Shown here piece after piece: positions 24,444 through 34,732 of a DNA stretch of 64,000 bases; the first letter of the stretch is position 1; each line of letters begins with the position of its first letter. The stretch is from Longimicrobiales bacterium. GTDB lineage: Bacteria; Gemmatimonadota; Gemmatimonadetes; Longimicrobiales; Gaopeijiaceae. Location of the stretch: the NCBI GenBank assembly GCA_041690395.1, contig JAWLHJ010000003.1, positions 32,001-96,000 on the forward strand, in the 5' to 3' direction. The notes under the pieces are model-generated. The model was not told the origin of the DNA. It saw only the letters and a list, made by a program, of their open reading frames with translations, and searched no databases. The translations under genes and the position numbers were made by a program.

Positions 24444-26848
24444 AGGCTTCATACCGTTGGTTGCTCGATCTCGTCCCGGGACTCTCCATGGCGCCCGCGG
24501 CGCTCACGGAGCACCTGGCGCTCCGCGGGGCACCCGTGGAGGACACGGTCTCGCCGGGGGCGTCGCTCGGCGACGTCGTGATCGGGAAGGTCCTGGAAGC
24601 CGGGCCGCACCCCAACGCCGACCGGCTGTCGCTTTGCACCGTGGACGGTGGCGCAGGCTCCGTGCAGGTCGTGTGCGGCGCGCCCAACGTGAAGGCGGGC
24701 GCCTGGTATCCGTTCGCGCCGGTCGGGTCCGTGTTGCCCGGTGACTTCAAGATCAAGAAGGCCAAGATCCGGGGTGAGGTGTCGGAGGGCATGCTCTGTT
24801 CCGCCAAGGAGTTGCGGCTGGGAGCCGACCACGCCGGTATCATGGAGCTGCACGGCGATTTCGAGCCGGGGGAAGCGTTCGTCACCGCGCTCGGGCTCGA
24901 CGACGTCACGTTCGACGTCGAGATCACGGCCAACCGCGGAGATCTGCTCTCGCACGTCGGATTGGCGCGGGAGCTGGCCTCGGCCGGAGACGGACGCGTG
25001 GAGCTGCCGGGGCTTCCTTCGGTGGAAGCGGGAGCGCTCGAGTATCTGAGAGATGCCGAGGTGGCCGAGTCGGGAGGAGTCTCGGTCTCGATCGAGGATC
25101 CGGACCTCTGCCCGCGCTATCTGGGCGCGGTCATCCGGGGCGTGAAGGTCGGTCCGTCCCCCGAGTGGCTCCAGCGGCGCCTGCGCGGCGCCGGAGCGCG
25201 GCCGATCAACAACGTGGTCGACGCGACCAACTACATCATGCTCGAGCTGGGCCAGCCGCTGCACGCCTTCGATCTCGGGAAGCTCCGAGGGGACCGGATC
25301 GTGGTCCGTCGGGCCCGGAAGGACGAGACCGCCTTCGTCACGCTCGATGACGAGGAGCGGACCATCACGTCCGACATGCTCATGATCTGTGACGCCGAGC
25401 GACCCGTGGCGATCGCCGGGGTCATGGGCGGCCTCCACTCCGAGGTGGACGACGCGACCACCGACGTGCTGCTCGAGTGCGCCTGGTTCGACCCGAAGTC
25501 GGTGCGAGCCACGCGTCGGGCGCTCGTCATGTCGACGGACGCGTCCTACCGCTTCGAGCGGGGCGTCGATCCAGAAGGTCTGGAGTTCGCGCTCGAACGC
25601 TGCGCCCGCCTCATCGTCGCGATCGCCGGGGGAGAGATCGCCGAGCCGGTGCTGGACTGCGCGGCGCGCGAGCACGAGCCGGCGGTGGTTCCGCTCCGTC
25701 TCGCGCGCATCGAGCACGTACTCGGCGTTCCGTTCACGGCCGCCCGCGTGCGAGAGCTCCTCGATCCGCTCGGGTTCCTGCTGGTCGGAGAGGACGAAGA
25801 GATCCTGCGCTGGCGGATTCCCGGCTTCCGGGCGCTCGATGTCACCCGCGAGATCGACCTCATCGAGGAGGTCGCCCGTACCCATGGCTACGACGCGTTC
25901 CCGGCCGAGCTCGGGCCCTATCGCCCGGGAACCGTGCCCGACCACCCACTTTTCGAGCTCGAAGAGCGACTGAGGGGGGCCCTCGTAGCGCGAGGTCTGT
26001 TCGAGACGCAGACCCCGGCCTTCGTGCCCGCGGGAGAGGGGGACGTCGAAGTGTCGAACCCGCTCGCAACGACCGAGCCCTTCATGCGGAGCGCGCTCCT
26101 GCCGTCCCTCCTGCGGCGCGTCTCGTACAACCTGGCGCGCGGCAACCGCGACGTACGGTTCTTCGAGCTCGGGACGTCGTTCCGGAAGGCCGGACCCGGT
26201 GAGCCGCCCGTCGAGGAGACGCACCTGGCCGTGGCGCTCACCGGCCGCCGCCGTCCGGTGCACTGGTCGTACGAGGCCGAGCCGCTCGACGTGTTCGACC
26301 TGAAGGGGCTCGTCCAGGAGGCCGCGCGCCAGGCCTACGGCCCCGACGCCGTGGTCTCGGTCGACGACGAGGGCGGGGCACCGTACGATCCGTTATCGGG
26401 ATTCGTGGTGCGGCACGGCGACGGGCGGGTTCTCGGCCGAAGCGGGCGGGTCCGGGACGACGCCGTCGACGTCCCGGCGTGGGCGGGCGACATCTGGGGA
26501 TTCGAGCTGACGCTGCCGGCCGAGCCGGACCCCGTGCCCGTTCGGACACATGTTCCGCTCCCGCAGTTCCCGGCCGTGGAGCGCGACCTCGCCGTTCTGG
26601 TGCCCCACGCGGTGCCCGCCGGCGACGTCCTCGAGGCCGCTCGGGCCGCGGCCGGATCGCATCTGGAGGAAGCGTCCATGTTCGACATCTACGAAGGTGA
26701 GGGCGTCCCCGAGGGTAAGCGGTCGATCGCGTTCCGCTTCCGCTTCCGGGATCCGGCACGGACGCTCACCGACGAGCAGGTCGACGAAGCGGTCGAAGCC
26801 GTCCTGAAGACGCTGAAGGAAACGTTCGATGTCCAGTTCCGGGGGTAG
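24440..26848 (+). CDS. pheT: Phenylalanine--tRNA ligase beta subunit
   Basis: ATGA overlap; HPNADRL, VVCGAPN, SEGMLCS, INNVVDATNY, SYRFERGVD. Confidence 0.98.
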   Translation: MKASYRWLLDLVPGLSMAPAALTEHLALRGAPVEDTVSPGASLGDVVIGKVLEAGPHPNADRLSLCTVDGGAGSVQVVCGAPNVKAGAWYPFAPVGSVLPGDFKIKKAKIRGEVSEGMLCSAKELRLGADHAGIMELHGDFEPGEAFVTALGLDDVTFDVEITANRGDLLSHVGLARELASAGDGRVELPGLPSVEAGALEYLRDAEVAESGGVSVSIEDPDLCPRYLGAVIRGVKVGPSPEWLQRRLRGAGARPINNVVDATNYIMLELGQPLHAFDLGKLRGDRIVVRRARKDETAFVTLDDEERTITSDMLMICDAERPVAIAGVMGGLHSEVDDATTDVLLECAWFDPKSVRATRRALVMSTDASYRFERGVDPEGLEFALERCARLIVAIAGGEIAEPVLDCAAREHEPAVVPLRLARIEHVLGVPFTAARVRELLDPLGFLLVGEDEEILRWRIPGFRALDVTREIDLIEEVARTHGYDAFPAELGPYRPGTVPDHPLFELEERLRGALVARGLFETQTPAFVPAGEGDVEVSNPLATTEPFMRSALLPSLLRRVSYNLARGNRDVRFFELGTSFRKAGPGEPPVEETHLAVALTGRRRPVHWSYEAEPLDVFDLKGLVQEAARQAYGPDAVVSVDDEGGAPYDPLSGFVVRHGDGRVLGRSGRVRDDAVDVPAWAGDIWGFELTLPAEPDPVPVRTHVPLPQFPAVERDLAVLVPHAVPAGDVLEAARAAAGSHLEEASMFDIYEGEGVPEGKRSIAFRFRFRDPARTLTDEQVDEAVEAVLKTLKETFDVQFRG

Positions 26849-27140
26849 CCCGGGCCGGCCCGAGCTCGCCGGCCTCCAGGAGCTGGAGCGGTCGGTCGCC
26901 AAGGCCGCGGACCGCCTGGGTGAGCTTTCGCGCCGCGTCGAGGAGGCGGAGGCACGGAGCCGTCAGCTCCAGGAGTTGGTCGGGCGTTTCACCGGGAACG
27001 CCGACGAGGCCGGGCAGCTCCTGACGAGGCTCGGGCGGCTCGACGAAGAGAACGCCGACCTGAAAGCCCGCCTCGAGGAGGGCCGGGCCGGAGTCGACCG
27101 CATCCTCGCCCGCATTCGCTTCATGGAGGACCAGCGATGA
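26829..27140 (+). CDS. Coiled-coil protein, ZapB-like
   Basis: Heptad-rich 103 aa ORF between pheT and zapA. Confidence 0.65.
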   Translation: MSSSGGSPGRPELAGLQELERSVAKAADRLGELSRRVEEAEARSRQLQELVGRFTGNADEAGQLLTRLGRLDEENADLKARLEEGRAGVDRILARIRFMEDQR

Positions 27141-27445
27141 ACGTAGAAAAGCGATCGGTCACCGTCCGCATCGCGGGAGAGGAGCACACGATCCGCGCGA
27201 CGGCCGAGCCCGGCTACACGCGTCGCTGCGCGAAGCACGTCGACGAGCGTATCCACGAGATCCGGCGCCAGGCCGGCCTCATCGAGGGACACAAGGCCGC
27301 GATTCTGGCGGCCCTCTCCATAGCGGATGAGTGTTTCCAGGCCCAGGACGAGCTCGAGCGGCTGAGAACGGAACTCTCGGAGCGGACGCGTCGCATGACC
27401 GAGCGTCTCGAGCGCGAGCTCGCGGGAGAGCCCACCGGGTCCTGA
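27137..27445 (+). CDS. zapA: Cell division protein ZapA
   Basis: VTVRIAGEEHTI, AKHVDERI, AILAALSIADE, then coiled coil. Confidence 0.9.
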   Translation: MNVEKRSVTVRIAGEEHTIRATAEPGYTRRCAKHVDERIHEIRRQAGLIEGHKAAILAALSIADECFQAQDELERLRTELSERTRRMTERLERELAGEPTGS

Positions 27446-27620
27446 CCGGATCCCGACGCGGGTCGGCGTTTCTCGTGTCCCGGCGCCGGGAATGCTCCGA
27501 TCCGCCCCAATCGGCGGCCGAACCCGGTCGCCAGCTTGCGCGTCGGATCGACCGGAACCTATTGTCAAACCGTTACCTGGGATGATGCGCCCTTCCTCCG
27601 GGAAAGAAGCGTCGTCCCCG
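27446..27620 (+). ncRNA. Candidate structured RNA (possible 6S RNA) between zapA and rny
   Basis: Long imperfect hairpin (GATCCCGACGCG...CGCGTCGGATC) plus a second stem GGGATGATGC/GCGTCGTCCC. ssrS often lies directly after zapA. Confidence 0.3.
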
Positions 27621-27669
27621 AGTCGCTCACCTTCGATGTGCTTCGTGCCGTCGATTTCGGAGTCGATAT

Positions 27670-29244
27670 ATGATCACCCCGCCCGTGATGGTGGCGGCGG
27701 CGGTGGGGATCGTTCTTGGTCTTGTCGTGGGGTTCGTCATCGCGAGCGGTCGCGAGCGGAACCTCCGTGCGCTCGAGAAGCGCAACGCCCAGGACGAAGC
27801 CTCCCGCATCCTTTCCCAAGCCCGTGACGACGCGACCAAAGCCCGGAAGGACGGGGAGCTCGAAGGCAGGGAGACGAGTATCCGCCTCCGCGAGGCGTGG
27901 GAGCAGGAGGAGGCCCGTCGCCGTGAGGACATTGAGCGTGCAGAGCGCCGCGTCGACGAGCGTGCGCAAGGACTCGATCGCCAGCTGGAGCGGCTCACCG
28001 ACCGGGAGAGCCAGATCGACGAGCGCGCCGAGGCGCTCGAAGGACGCGAGAAGGCACTCGCGGAACGCGTCACGCTCGTCGAGGCCCGTGAGCGCGACGC
28101 CGAGGCGAAGCTCCAGCACGTGGCCGGACTCACGGAGGCGGAGGCCCGCAAGGAGCTCCTGGAGGATCTGACCGAGGCCGCCAAGGCCGAGGCCGCCAAC
28201 ACGATCCGGGAGATCAAGGAACGGGCCCAACGCGAAGCCGAGCGCGAGGGCCGCAAGATCGTCGCGCTCGCCATCCAGCGGATGGCCGCCGACCTCACGG
28301 CCGAGACCACCGTCTCCGTCGTCCAGCTCCCGTCCGACGAGATGAAGGGCCGGATCATCGGCCGCGAGGGCCGGAACATCAGGGCCTTCGAGCAAGCGAC
28401 GGGGGTGGACGTCATCATCGACGACACCCCCGAAGCCGTCGTTCTCTCCGCCTTCGATCCGGTCCGGCGCGAGGTCGCCCGCATCGCCCTCGACCGACTG
28501 GTCGAGGACGGGCGCATCCACCCGGGCCGCATCGAGGAGATGGTCGAGAAGGCGCAGAAGGAGGTCGAGAGCGGGATGGTCGAGGCCGCCGAGGAGGTCC
28601 TGTACGAGCTCGGCGTCCACAACATCCATCCGGAGATCGTGAAGACGCTCGGGCGCCTGCGATTCCGGACATCCTATGGACAGAACCAGCTCCAGCACGC
28701 CCGCGAGGTGGCCCTCCTGGCCGCGAACATGGCCGCCGAGATGGGCCTCGACGTACAGGGCACCAAGCGCGCCGCGATCCTGCACGACGTCGGCAAGGGG
28801 ATGACCCACGAGCACGAGGGGACGCACGTGGAGCTCGGCTACCGCCTGTGCAAGAAGCACGGCGAGACCGAGCTGGTGCTCAACGCCATCAAGGCCCATC
28901 ACGACGAGGAGCCGCACTTCTTCGCCGAGACCTTCCTCGTGACCGCCGCGGACGCGATCAGCGGATCCCGCCCCGGCGCCCGCCGCGAGATGTTCGAGGG
29001 ATACGTGAAGCGGCTGGAGAAGCTCGAGGAGCTGGCCATGGAGGAGCCCGGAGTCGAGCGGTGCTTCGCCATCCAGGCCGGACGGGAGCTCCGGGTCATG
29101 GTCGAGCCCGGCCAGGTGAGCGACGGACAGATCGCGCAGATCTCGGAAGCGGTCGCGCGGCGGATCGAGAGCGAGCTCCAGTACCCCGGCCAGATCAAGG
29201 TCGTGGTGGTCCGGGAGACGAGGGCGGTCGACTTCGCGCGCTAG
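27670..29244 (+). CDS. rny: Ribonuclease Y
   Basis: N-terminal TM, coiled coil, KH domain MKGRIIGREGRNIR, HD domain LHDVGK, ADAISGSRPGARRE. Confidence 0.97.
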   Translation: MITPPVMVAAAVGIVLGLVVGFVIASGRERNLRALEKRNAQDEASRILSQARDDATKARKDGELEGRETSIRLREAWEQEEARRREDIERAERRVDERAQGLDRQLERLTDRESQIDERAEALEGREKALAERVTLVEARERDAEAKLQHVAGLTEAEARKELLEDLTEAAKAEAANTIREIKERAQREAEREGRKIVALAIQRMAADLTAETTVSVVQLPSDEMKGRIIGREGRNIRAFEQATGVDVIIDDTPEAVVLSAFDPVRREVARIALDRLVEDGRIHPGRIEEMVEKAQKEVESGMVEAAEEVLYELGVHNIHPEIVKTLGRLRFRTSYGQNQLQHAREVALLAANMAAEMGLDVQGTKRAAILHDVGKGMTHEHEGTHVELGYRLCKKHGETELVLNAIKAHHDEEPHFFAETFLVTAADAISGSRPGARREMFEGYVKRLEKLEELAMEEPGVERCFAIQAGRELRVMVEPGQVSDGQIAQISEAVARRIESELQYPGQIKVVVVRETRAVDFAR

Positions 29245-29325
29245 CGTCGCGACATTGTCGGGCGTCCGCGCTCGGGGCCGCCAGGGTACCCGGGCGAGCG
29301 GAATCCCCTTGCCCGAGGCAGGCGA

Positions 29326-30222
29326 ATGAGCGCTCAGATCATTTCCGGCACCGAGATCGCGAAGGAGATCCGCGGTGAGCTGAAGGAACGCGTGGCCGCG
29401 CTCGTCGCGGAGCACGGCGTCACCCCCGGACTGGCCACCGTGCTCGTCGGCGACGATCCCGCGTCGCAGATGTACGTCGGGATGAAGAACCGCGTCGCCG
29501 GGGAGATGGGAATCCACTCCCGGCAGCACACGCTTCCCGCCGGCACGTCGCAGGAAGAGCTGCTCGGCCTCGTCACGGGCCTGAACGCGGATCCGCAGAT
29601 CCACGGGATCCTCGTCCAGCTCCCGCTCCCCGGTCACATCGACGAGGGCGCGGTGATCGAGACGATCGACCCCGCCAAGGACGTCGACGGCTTCCATCCG
29701 ATGAGCGTCGGGCGCCTCGCGACCGATTCGGGCACGTTCTTCCCGCCGTGCACGCCGGCCGGTGTCGTGGAAATGCTGCTCCGCAGCGGGCACGACCCGT
29801 CGGGGAAGCACGTGGTCGTCGTGGGTCGCTCCAACATCGTCGGGCGCCCGTTGGCGTCGCTGCTGCTCCGGAAGGCGCGCGGGGGCAACGCGACCGTGAC
29901 CGTCTGCCACTCCCGGACCGCCGACCTGGCGGCCGAGACGCGCCGCGCGGACATCCTCGTCGTGGCCATGGGACGGCCCGAGATGATCACCGCCGACATG
30001 GTGCGTCCCGGCGCCGTCGTCATCGACGTGGGCACAAACCGCGTGGACGACCCGGAGTCGGAGCGAGGCTACCGGGTGTGCGGCGACGTCGTCTTCGACG
30101 AGGTGAAAGAGGTCGCGGGCGCCATTTCGCCGGTGCCCGGCGGGGTCGGTCCGATGACCATCACGATGCTCCTGTCCAACACCGTCGAGTCGGCGGCGCG
30201 GGCGGCGAAGCCCCGGGGCTAG
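29326..30222 (+). CDS. folD: Methylenetetrahydrofolate dehydrogenase/cyclohydrolase
   Basis: [42 protein letters not shown]. Confidence 0.98.
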   Translation: MSAQIISGTEIAKEIRGELKERVAALVAEHGVTPGLATVLVGDDPASQMYVGMKNRVAGEMGIHSRQHTLPAGTSQEELLGLVTGLNADPQIHGILVQLPLPGHIDEGAVIETIDPAKDVDGFHPMSVGRLATDSGTFFPPCTPAGVVEMLLRSGHDPSGKHVVVVGRSNIVGRPLASLLLRKARGGNATVTVCHSRTADLAAETRRADILVVAMGRPEMITADMVRPGAVVIDVGTNRVDDPESERGYRVCGDVVFDEVKEVAGAISPVPGGVGPMTITMLLSNTVESAARAAKPRG

Positions 30223-30226
30223 AAGG

Positions 30227-31615
30227 GTGTCGGACGACCTCAGCCTGGACCTTTTCGACGACGCCGGGAGCGATCCGGAGCCGGCTGCGCCGGCGCCGGC
30301 TCCGGCTCCCGGGTCCGACGAGCCAGCGGGCCAGCGAGCGGGGACGGGTGCACCCGCGCCCCCATCCCCGTCCGAACCCGCGGCCGAGCCCTCAGCGGAG
30401 CCGGAAGGGCCGCGCGTCTGGTCCGTCTCCCAGGTGAATCGTGCGGTGCGCGGCCTGCTGGAAGGGAACGTCGAGCCGCTCTGGGTCGGCGGCGAGATCG
30501 GGAGCTGGACACGCTCGCGCGCCGGACATTGTTACTTCACGCTGAAGGACGATCGCGCCCAGATCCGCTCGGTCATGTTCCAGCGCGAGGCGCAGACCCT
30601 TCCGACCGACCCCGACGAGGGGATGCAGGTGCGGGCCCTCGGGCAGCTCACGCTCTACGAGGCCCGCGGCGAGTACCAGCTCGTCGTTCGCCGGCTGGAG
30701 GCGGAGGGCACGGAGGGGCTCTGGCGGCTCGCCTTCGAGAAGCTACGGGGTCGCCTCGAGTCGGAAGGGCTCCTCGATCCGGCCCGCAAGCGGCGCCTTC
30801 CGGCGTATCCGGCGTGCGTCGGCGTAGTGACGTCGCCGACGGGTGCCGCGCTGCGCGACATCGTGTCGGTCCTCAGGAGGCGGGCGCCCTGGACGCGGGT
30901 CGTGGTGAGCGGGACACGGGTGCAGGGGGACGGTGCTTCCGTGGAGATCGCCGAGGCCCTCGACAAGCTGGTGGCCAGCGGGCTCTGCGACGTGATCCTG
31001 GTCTCGCGAGGCGGCGGCTCGATCGAAGACCTGTGGGCCTTCAACGAGGAGCCCGTGGCGCGGGCCGTGGCCGCGTGCCCTGTGCCCGTGGTGTCGGCCG
31101 TGGGCCACGAGGTCGACGTCACCATCTGCGATCTCGTGGCCGACCTGAGGGCTCCCACGCCGTCCGCGGGCGCCGAAGCGGTGGTGCCGGACGCGGCCGT
31201 CGTGCTCGATACGCTGCGGACCACGCCGGAGCGGCTCGCGCGGGGCCTCCGGGGCGTGGCGACCCGCCGCCGTGAGAGGATCGAGCACCGCCTCGAGCGC
31301 CTCGGACGCGCCGTCGAGCGGCGGTTGGCCCCGGCCCGGCAATCCGTGGACCTGGCCACGGCCCGACTCGAGCGCGCGATGCGCTCGTGCATCGAAGGGC
31401 GGCGGCGCGCCCTGCGGGGGAGCGCGGGCCGGCTGCAGGCGCTTTCGCCGCTCGCGACGCTCCAGCGGGGGTACGCCGTGGCCCGCGCACCGGACGGGGG
31501 CGTGCTGCGCTCCGTGGACGACTTCGAGGCCGGCCGGCCGTTCCTGGTGCGCGTAACCGATGGGACGGTGAGGGCGGAGACCCTGGACATCACGAGGACA
31601 GCAGAACATGAGTGA
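30227..31615 (+). CDS. xseA: Exodeoxyribonuclease VII large subunit
   Basis: GHCYFTLKD, RGGGSIEDLWAFNEE, SAVGHEVD, RAPTPSA. Confidence 0.97.
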   Translation: MSDDLSLDLFDDAGSDPEPAAPAPAPAPGSDEPAGQRAGTGAPAPPSPSEPAAEPSAEPEGPRVWSVSQVNRAVRGLLEGNVEPLWVGGEIGSWTRSRAGHCYFTLKDDRAQIRSVMFQREAQTLPTDPDEGMQVRALGQLTLYEARGEYQLVVRRLEAEGTEGLWRLAFEKLRGRLESEGLLDPARKRRLPAYPACVGVVTSPTGAALRDIVSVLRRRAPWTRVVVSGTRVQGDGASVEIAEALDKLVASGLCDVILVSRGGGSIEDLWAFNEEPVARAVAACPVPVVSAVGHEVDVTICDLVADLRAPTPSAGAEAVVPDAAVVLDTLRTTPERLARGLRGVATRRRERIEHRLERLGRAVERRLAPARQSVDLATARLERAMRSCIEGRRRALRGSAGRLQALSPLATLQRGYAVARAPDGGVLRSVDDFEAGRPFLVRVTDGTVRAETLDITRTAEHE

Positions 31616-31865
31616 AGACGGACGCGGGAAGGACGAGGCCGCCGGCGACGAGGAGCTCGGTCTCGAGCAGCGCATCCGCCGGCTGGAGGAGATCCTGACC
31701 CGTATGGAATCGGACGATGTATCGCTCGAGGAGGCGCTCGAGCTGTTCGAGGAAGGCGTCGGGCACGTCCGGCGGGCCGAGACGATCCTGTCCGAGACCG
31801 AGTTGCGCGTGGAGGAGCTGCTCTCGAAGGGGAAGACCGAGGCCATGGAGCTCGAGGACTCGTGA
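31608..31865 (+). CDS. xseB: Exodeoxyribonuclease VII small subunit
   Basis: LEEIL..ME...VSLEEALELFEEG; follows xseA. Confidence 0.95.
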   Translation: MSEDGRGKDEAAGDEELGLEQRIRRLEEILTRMESDDVSLEEALELFEEGVGHVRRAETILSETELRVEELLSKGKTEAMELEDS

Positions 31866-32776
31866 CCGAGGTGGCGGCCTTCGATCTCGCGGGCTATCTG
31901 GACCAGGAGCGCGGCGTCGTGGAGGAGGCCCTCGACCGTGCCGTGGCGGCCGTGGAGCCCCACGTCGACGCCGAGGTGGGTGCCGCCATCCGGCACGGCG
32001 TGATGACCGGAGGCAAGCGGCTGCGCCCCATCCTGTGCGCGACAGCCTACCGGGCCTGCGGAGGCGACGGGGCCCCCGCGGACATCTACGACCTCGCCGT
32101 CACGCTCGAGCTGATCCACGCCTACTCCCTGGTGCACGACGACCTCCCGTGCATGGACGACGCCGAGCTCCGGCGCGGGACCCCCACCACGCATCGCGCG
32201 CACGGCGAGACGAACGCGGTCCTCGCCGGTGCGGCGCTGATCCCGGCGGCCGCGCTGCAGGCCCTCCGCGCCGCCCGCGCGCTCGGCCGTGACGAGGGCG
32301 CCGCCCGCGCGGTCGTACGCGCCCTGCTCGAGGCGGCGGGACCCGGCGGGATGGTCGGAGGGCAGTGGCTCGATCTCGAGGGAGAAGGGGCCCGGCTGAC
32401 CGGACCGGAGCTCGATACCCTCCACGGCCGCAAGACCGGGGCGCTCCTGGCGGCATCGCTCGTCATGGGCGCGTCGGCCGCGGCGGCCGACGAGAAGACC
32501 GTCGGCGCGCTGGAGGCGTACGGCAAGGCCATCGGTCTCGCGTTCCAGATCGCGGACGACGTGCTCGACGCGACCGCTTCGGCCGAGGTGCTCGGGAAGA
32601 ACCCGAGCGACGCCACGCTCGACAAGTCGACCTACGTGTCCCTGCACGGGCTGGACGCCGCGCGGGCCAAGGCCCGGGACGTGGTGGCGTCGGCGCTGGC
32701 CTCGCTCGACGCCGCCGGCCTGGACGCTCTGGCGCTCCGTGCGCTGGCGCATTACGTGATCGAGCGGGACCGGTAG
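31862..32776 (+). CDS. ispA: Polyprenyl (farnesyl/geranylgeranyl) diphosphate synthase
   Basis: GGKRLRP, SLVHDDLPCMDD, RRG, FQIADDVLD. Confidence 0.95.
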   Translation: MTEVAAFDLAGYLDQERGVVEEALDRAVAAVEPHVDAEVGAAIRHGVMTGGKRLRPILCATAYRACGGDGAPADIYDLAVTLELIHAYSLVHDDLPCMDDAELRRGTPTTHRAHGETNAVLAGAALIPAAALQALRAARALGRDEGAARAVVRALLEAAGPGGMVGGQWLDLEGEGARLTGPELDTLHGRKTGALLAASLVMGASAAAADEKTVGALEAYGKAIGLAFQIADDVLDATASAEVLGKNPSDATLDKSTYVSLHGLDAARAKARDVVASALASLDAAGLDALALRALAHYVIERDR

Positions 32777-32824
32777 TATCTTTCCTGTCCCCGATCGACA
32801 ACGACGAGACGAAGGAGTGACGCG

Positions 32825-34732
32825 GTGTCCCTTCTGGACCGCATCCAGTATCCCCGGGACCTGAGACGACTCGAGCGCGAACAGCTCGATCAGGTCGTTC
32901 AGGCGGTAAGAGAGCGACACATCGACGTGGTGTCCCAGAAGGGTGGCCATTTCGGGGCCAGCCTCGGTGTGGTCGAGCTGACCGTGGCCCTCCACTACGT
33001 CTACGACACGCCGCGTGATCAACTCGTGTGGGACACGGGCCACCAGGCCTACATCCACAAGATCCTGACCGGACGGAACGAGCAGCTGCCGACCATTCGC
33101 ACGCGGCACGGGCTCGCCCCGTTCTTGCGGCGCGACGAGTCCGAGTACGACGCATTCGGGGCGGGGCACGCCTCCACGTCGATCTCGGCGGCCTGGGGCA
33201 TGGCCGTGGGACGTGATCTAACCAGTCAGGACTTCGACGTCGTCGCCATCATCGGCGACGGTGCCATGGGATGCGGCTTGGCCTACGAGGCGCTGAACAA
33301 CGCCGGCCATACGGACCGGGACTTCGTGGTCGTCCTCAACGACAACGACATGTCCATCGCGCCCGCGGTCGGGGCCATGAACAAGTACCTGACCGGGATG
33401 ATCACCAACCCGGCCTACAACAAGGCGCGGAAGCTGGTGAAGGAGATCCTCCACCGGACCCCCTCGGCGCTCGGCGAGGTGATGGAGGAGGTCGCGGGCC
33501 GGCTCGAGGAGAGCGTCAAGCACATGCTCACGCCGGGGCTCATCTTCGAGGAGCTCGGGTTCACCTACGTCGGGCCGATCGACGGACACGACGTCCAGCA
33601 GCTCGTCGACACGTTCCGGCGCGTGAAGGACATGAAGGGCCCCATTCTCGTGCACGCGATCACACAGAAGGGGCGGGGCTTCGCACAGGCCGAGGACGAC
33701 CCATGGACCTGGCACGCTTCCGGGCCGTTCGACAAGGTCACGGGGAAGGGGACCAAGTCGTCCAAAGGGCTGCCCCGCTACCAGAACGTGTTCGGTAGAG
33801 GGCTCATCCAACTCGCCGACGCCGACCCGAAGGTCTGCGCCATCACGGCCGCCATGCCGGACGGCACGTCGACGGACATGTTCCAGGAAGCCCATCCCGA
33901 CCGGTACTTCGATGTCGGGATCGCCGAGGGGCACGGCGTGACGTTCGCGGCCGGCCTCGCCACACAGGGCGTGAAGCCGATCGTCGCCATCTACTCGACG
34001 TTCCTGCAGCGCGCGTACGACAACATCGTGCACGACGTCGCCCTTCAGGGGCTGCCGGTCGTGTTCGGCATGGACCGGGCCGGTATCGCCGGCGAGGACG
34101 GGCCTACCCACCACGGGACGCTCGACATCGCCTACATGCTGTCGATTCCGGGGATGACCGTGACCGCGCCCAAGGACGGAGCCGAGATGCTCGCGCTCCT
34201 CCGGCTCGGCACCGAGCAGGACGAGGGCCCGTGGTCCGTGCGCTGGCCCCGTGACGCCGTGCCGGCCGAGGTGCCGCACCTGTCCGAGATCGAGGCGGTC
34301 GAGCCCTTCACCTGGGAGATCCTCAGAAACGGGGGTGACGTGGTGTTCCTCGCCACCGGCACCATGGTCGGGACGTCGCTCGAAGCGGCGGACGTCCTGG
34401 CGGAGCAGGGGATCCGGGCCAGTGTGGTCAACTGCCGCTTCCTCAAGCCGTACGACCGGCAGGTTTTCGAGGAGATGGTGCGGAGCCACCCGGTCGTCAT
34501 GACCGTCGAGGAGGGTCAGGTCACCAACGGGTTCGGAGCGTTCATGAGCCGCGAGATCGATGCTCTGGACCTCGAGACCCGGCCGAAGGTGGTCACGCTC
34601 GGCATTCCCGACCGCTTCATCGAGCACGGGGGGCGGGGCGAGCTCCTGGCCGAGATCGGTCTCGATGCCGCTGGCGTCGCCGCGTCCGCGCAGCGGGCCC
34701 TCGGCCGGACGGCGTCGGTACGCACCGGGTGA
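32825..34732 (+). CDS. dxs: 1-deoxy-D-xylulose-5-phosphate synthase
   Basis: GGHFGASLGVVELT, WDTGHQAY, GDGA..LNDNDMSI, YSTFLQRAYD, DGPTHHG. Confidence 0.98.
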   Translation: MSLLDRIQYPRDLRRLEREQLDQVVQAVRERHIDVVSQKGGHFGASLGVVELTVALHYVYDTPRDQLVWDTGHQAYIHKILTGRNEQLPTIRTRHGLAPFLRRDESEYDAFGAGHASTSISAAWGMAVGRDLTSQDFDVVAIIGDGAMGCGLAYEALNNAGHTDRDFVVVLNDNDMSIAPAVGAMNKYLTGMITNPAYNKARKLVKEILHRTPSALGEVMEEVAGRLEESVKHMLTPGLIFEELGFTYVGPIDGHDVQQLVDTFRRVKDMKGPILVHAITQKGRGFAQAEDDPWTWHASGPFDKVTGKGTKSSKGLPRYQNVFGRGLIQLADADPKVCAITAAMPDGTSTDMFQEAHPDRYFDVGIAEGHGVTFAAGLATQGVKPIVAIYSTFLQRAYDNIVHDVALQGLPVVFGMDRAGIAGEDGPTHHGTLDIAYMLSIPGMTVTAPKDGAEMLALLRLGTEQDEGPWSVRWPRDAVPAEVPHLSEIEAVEPFTWEILRNGGDVVFLATGTMVGTSLEAADVLAEQGIRASVVNCRFLKPYDRQVFEEMVRSHPVVMTVEEGQVTNGFGAFMSREIDALDLETRPKVVTLGIPDRFIEHGGRGELLAEIGLDAAGVAASAQRALGRTASVRTG

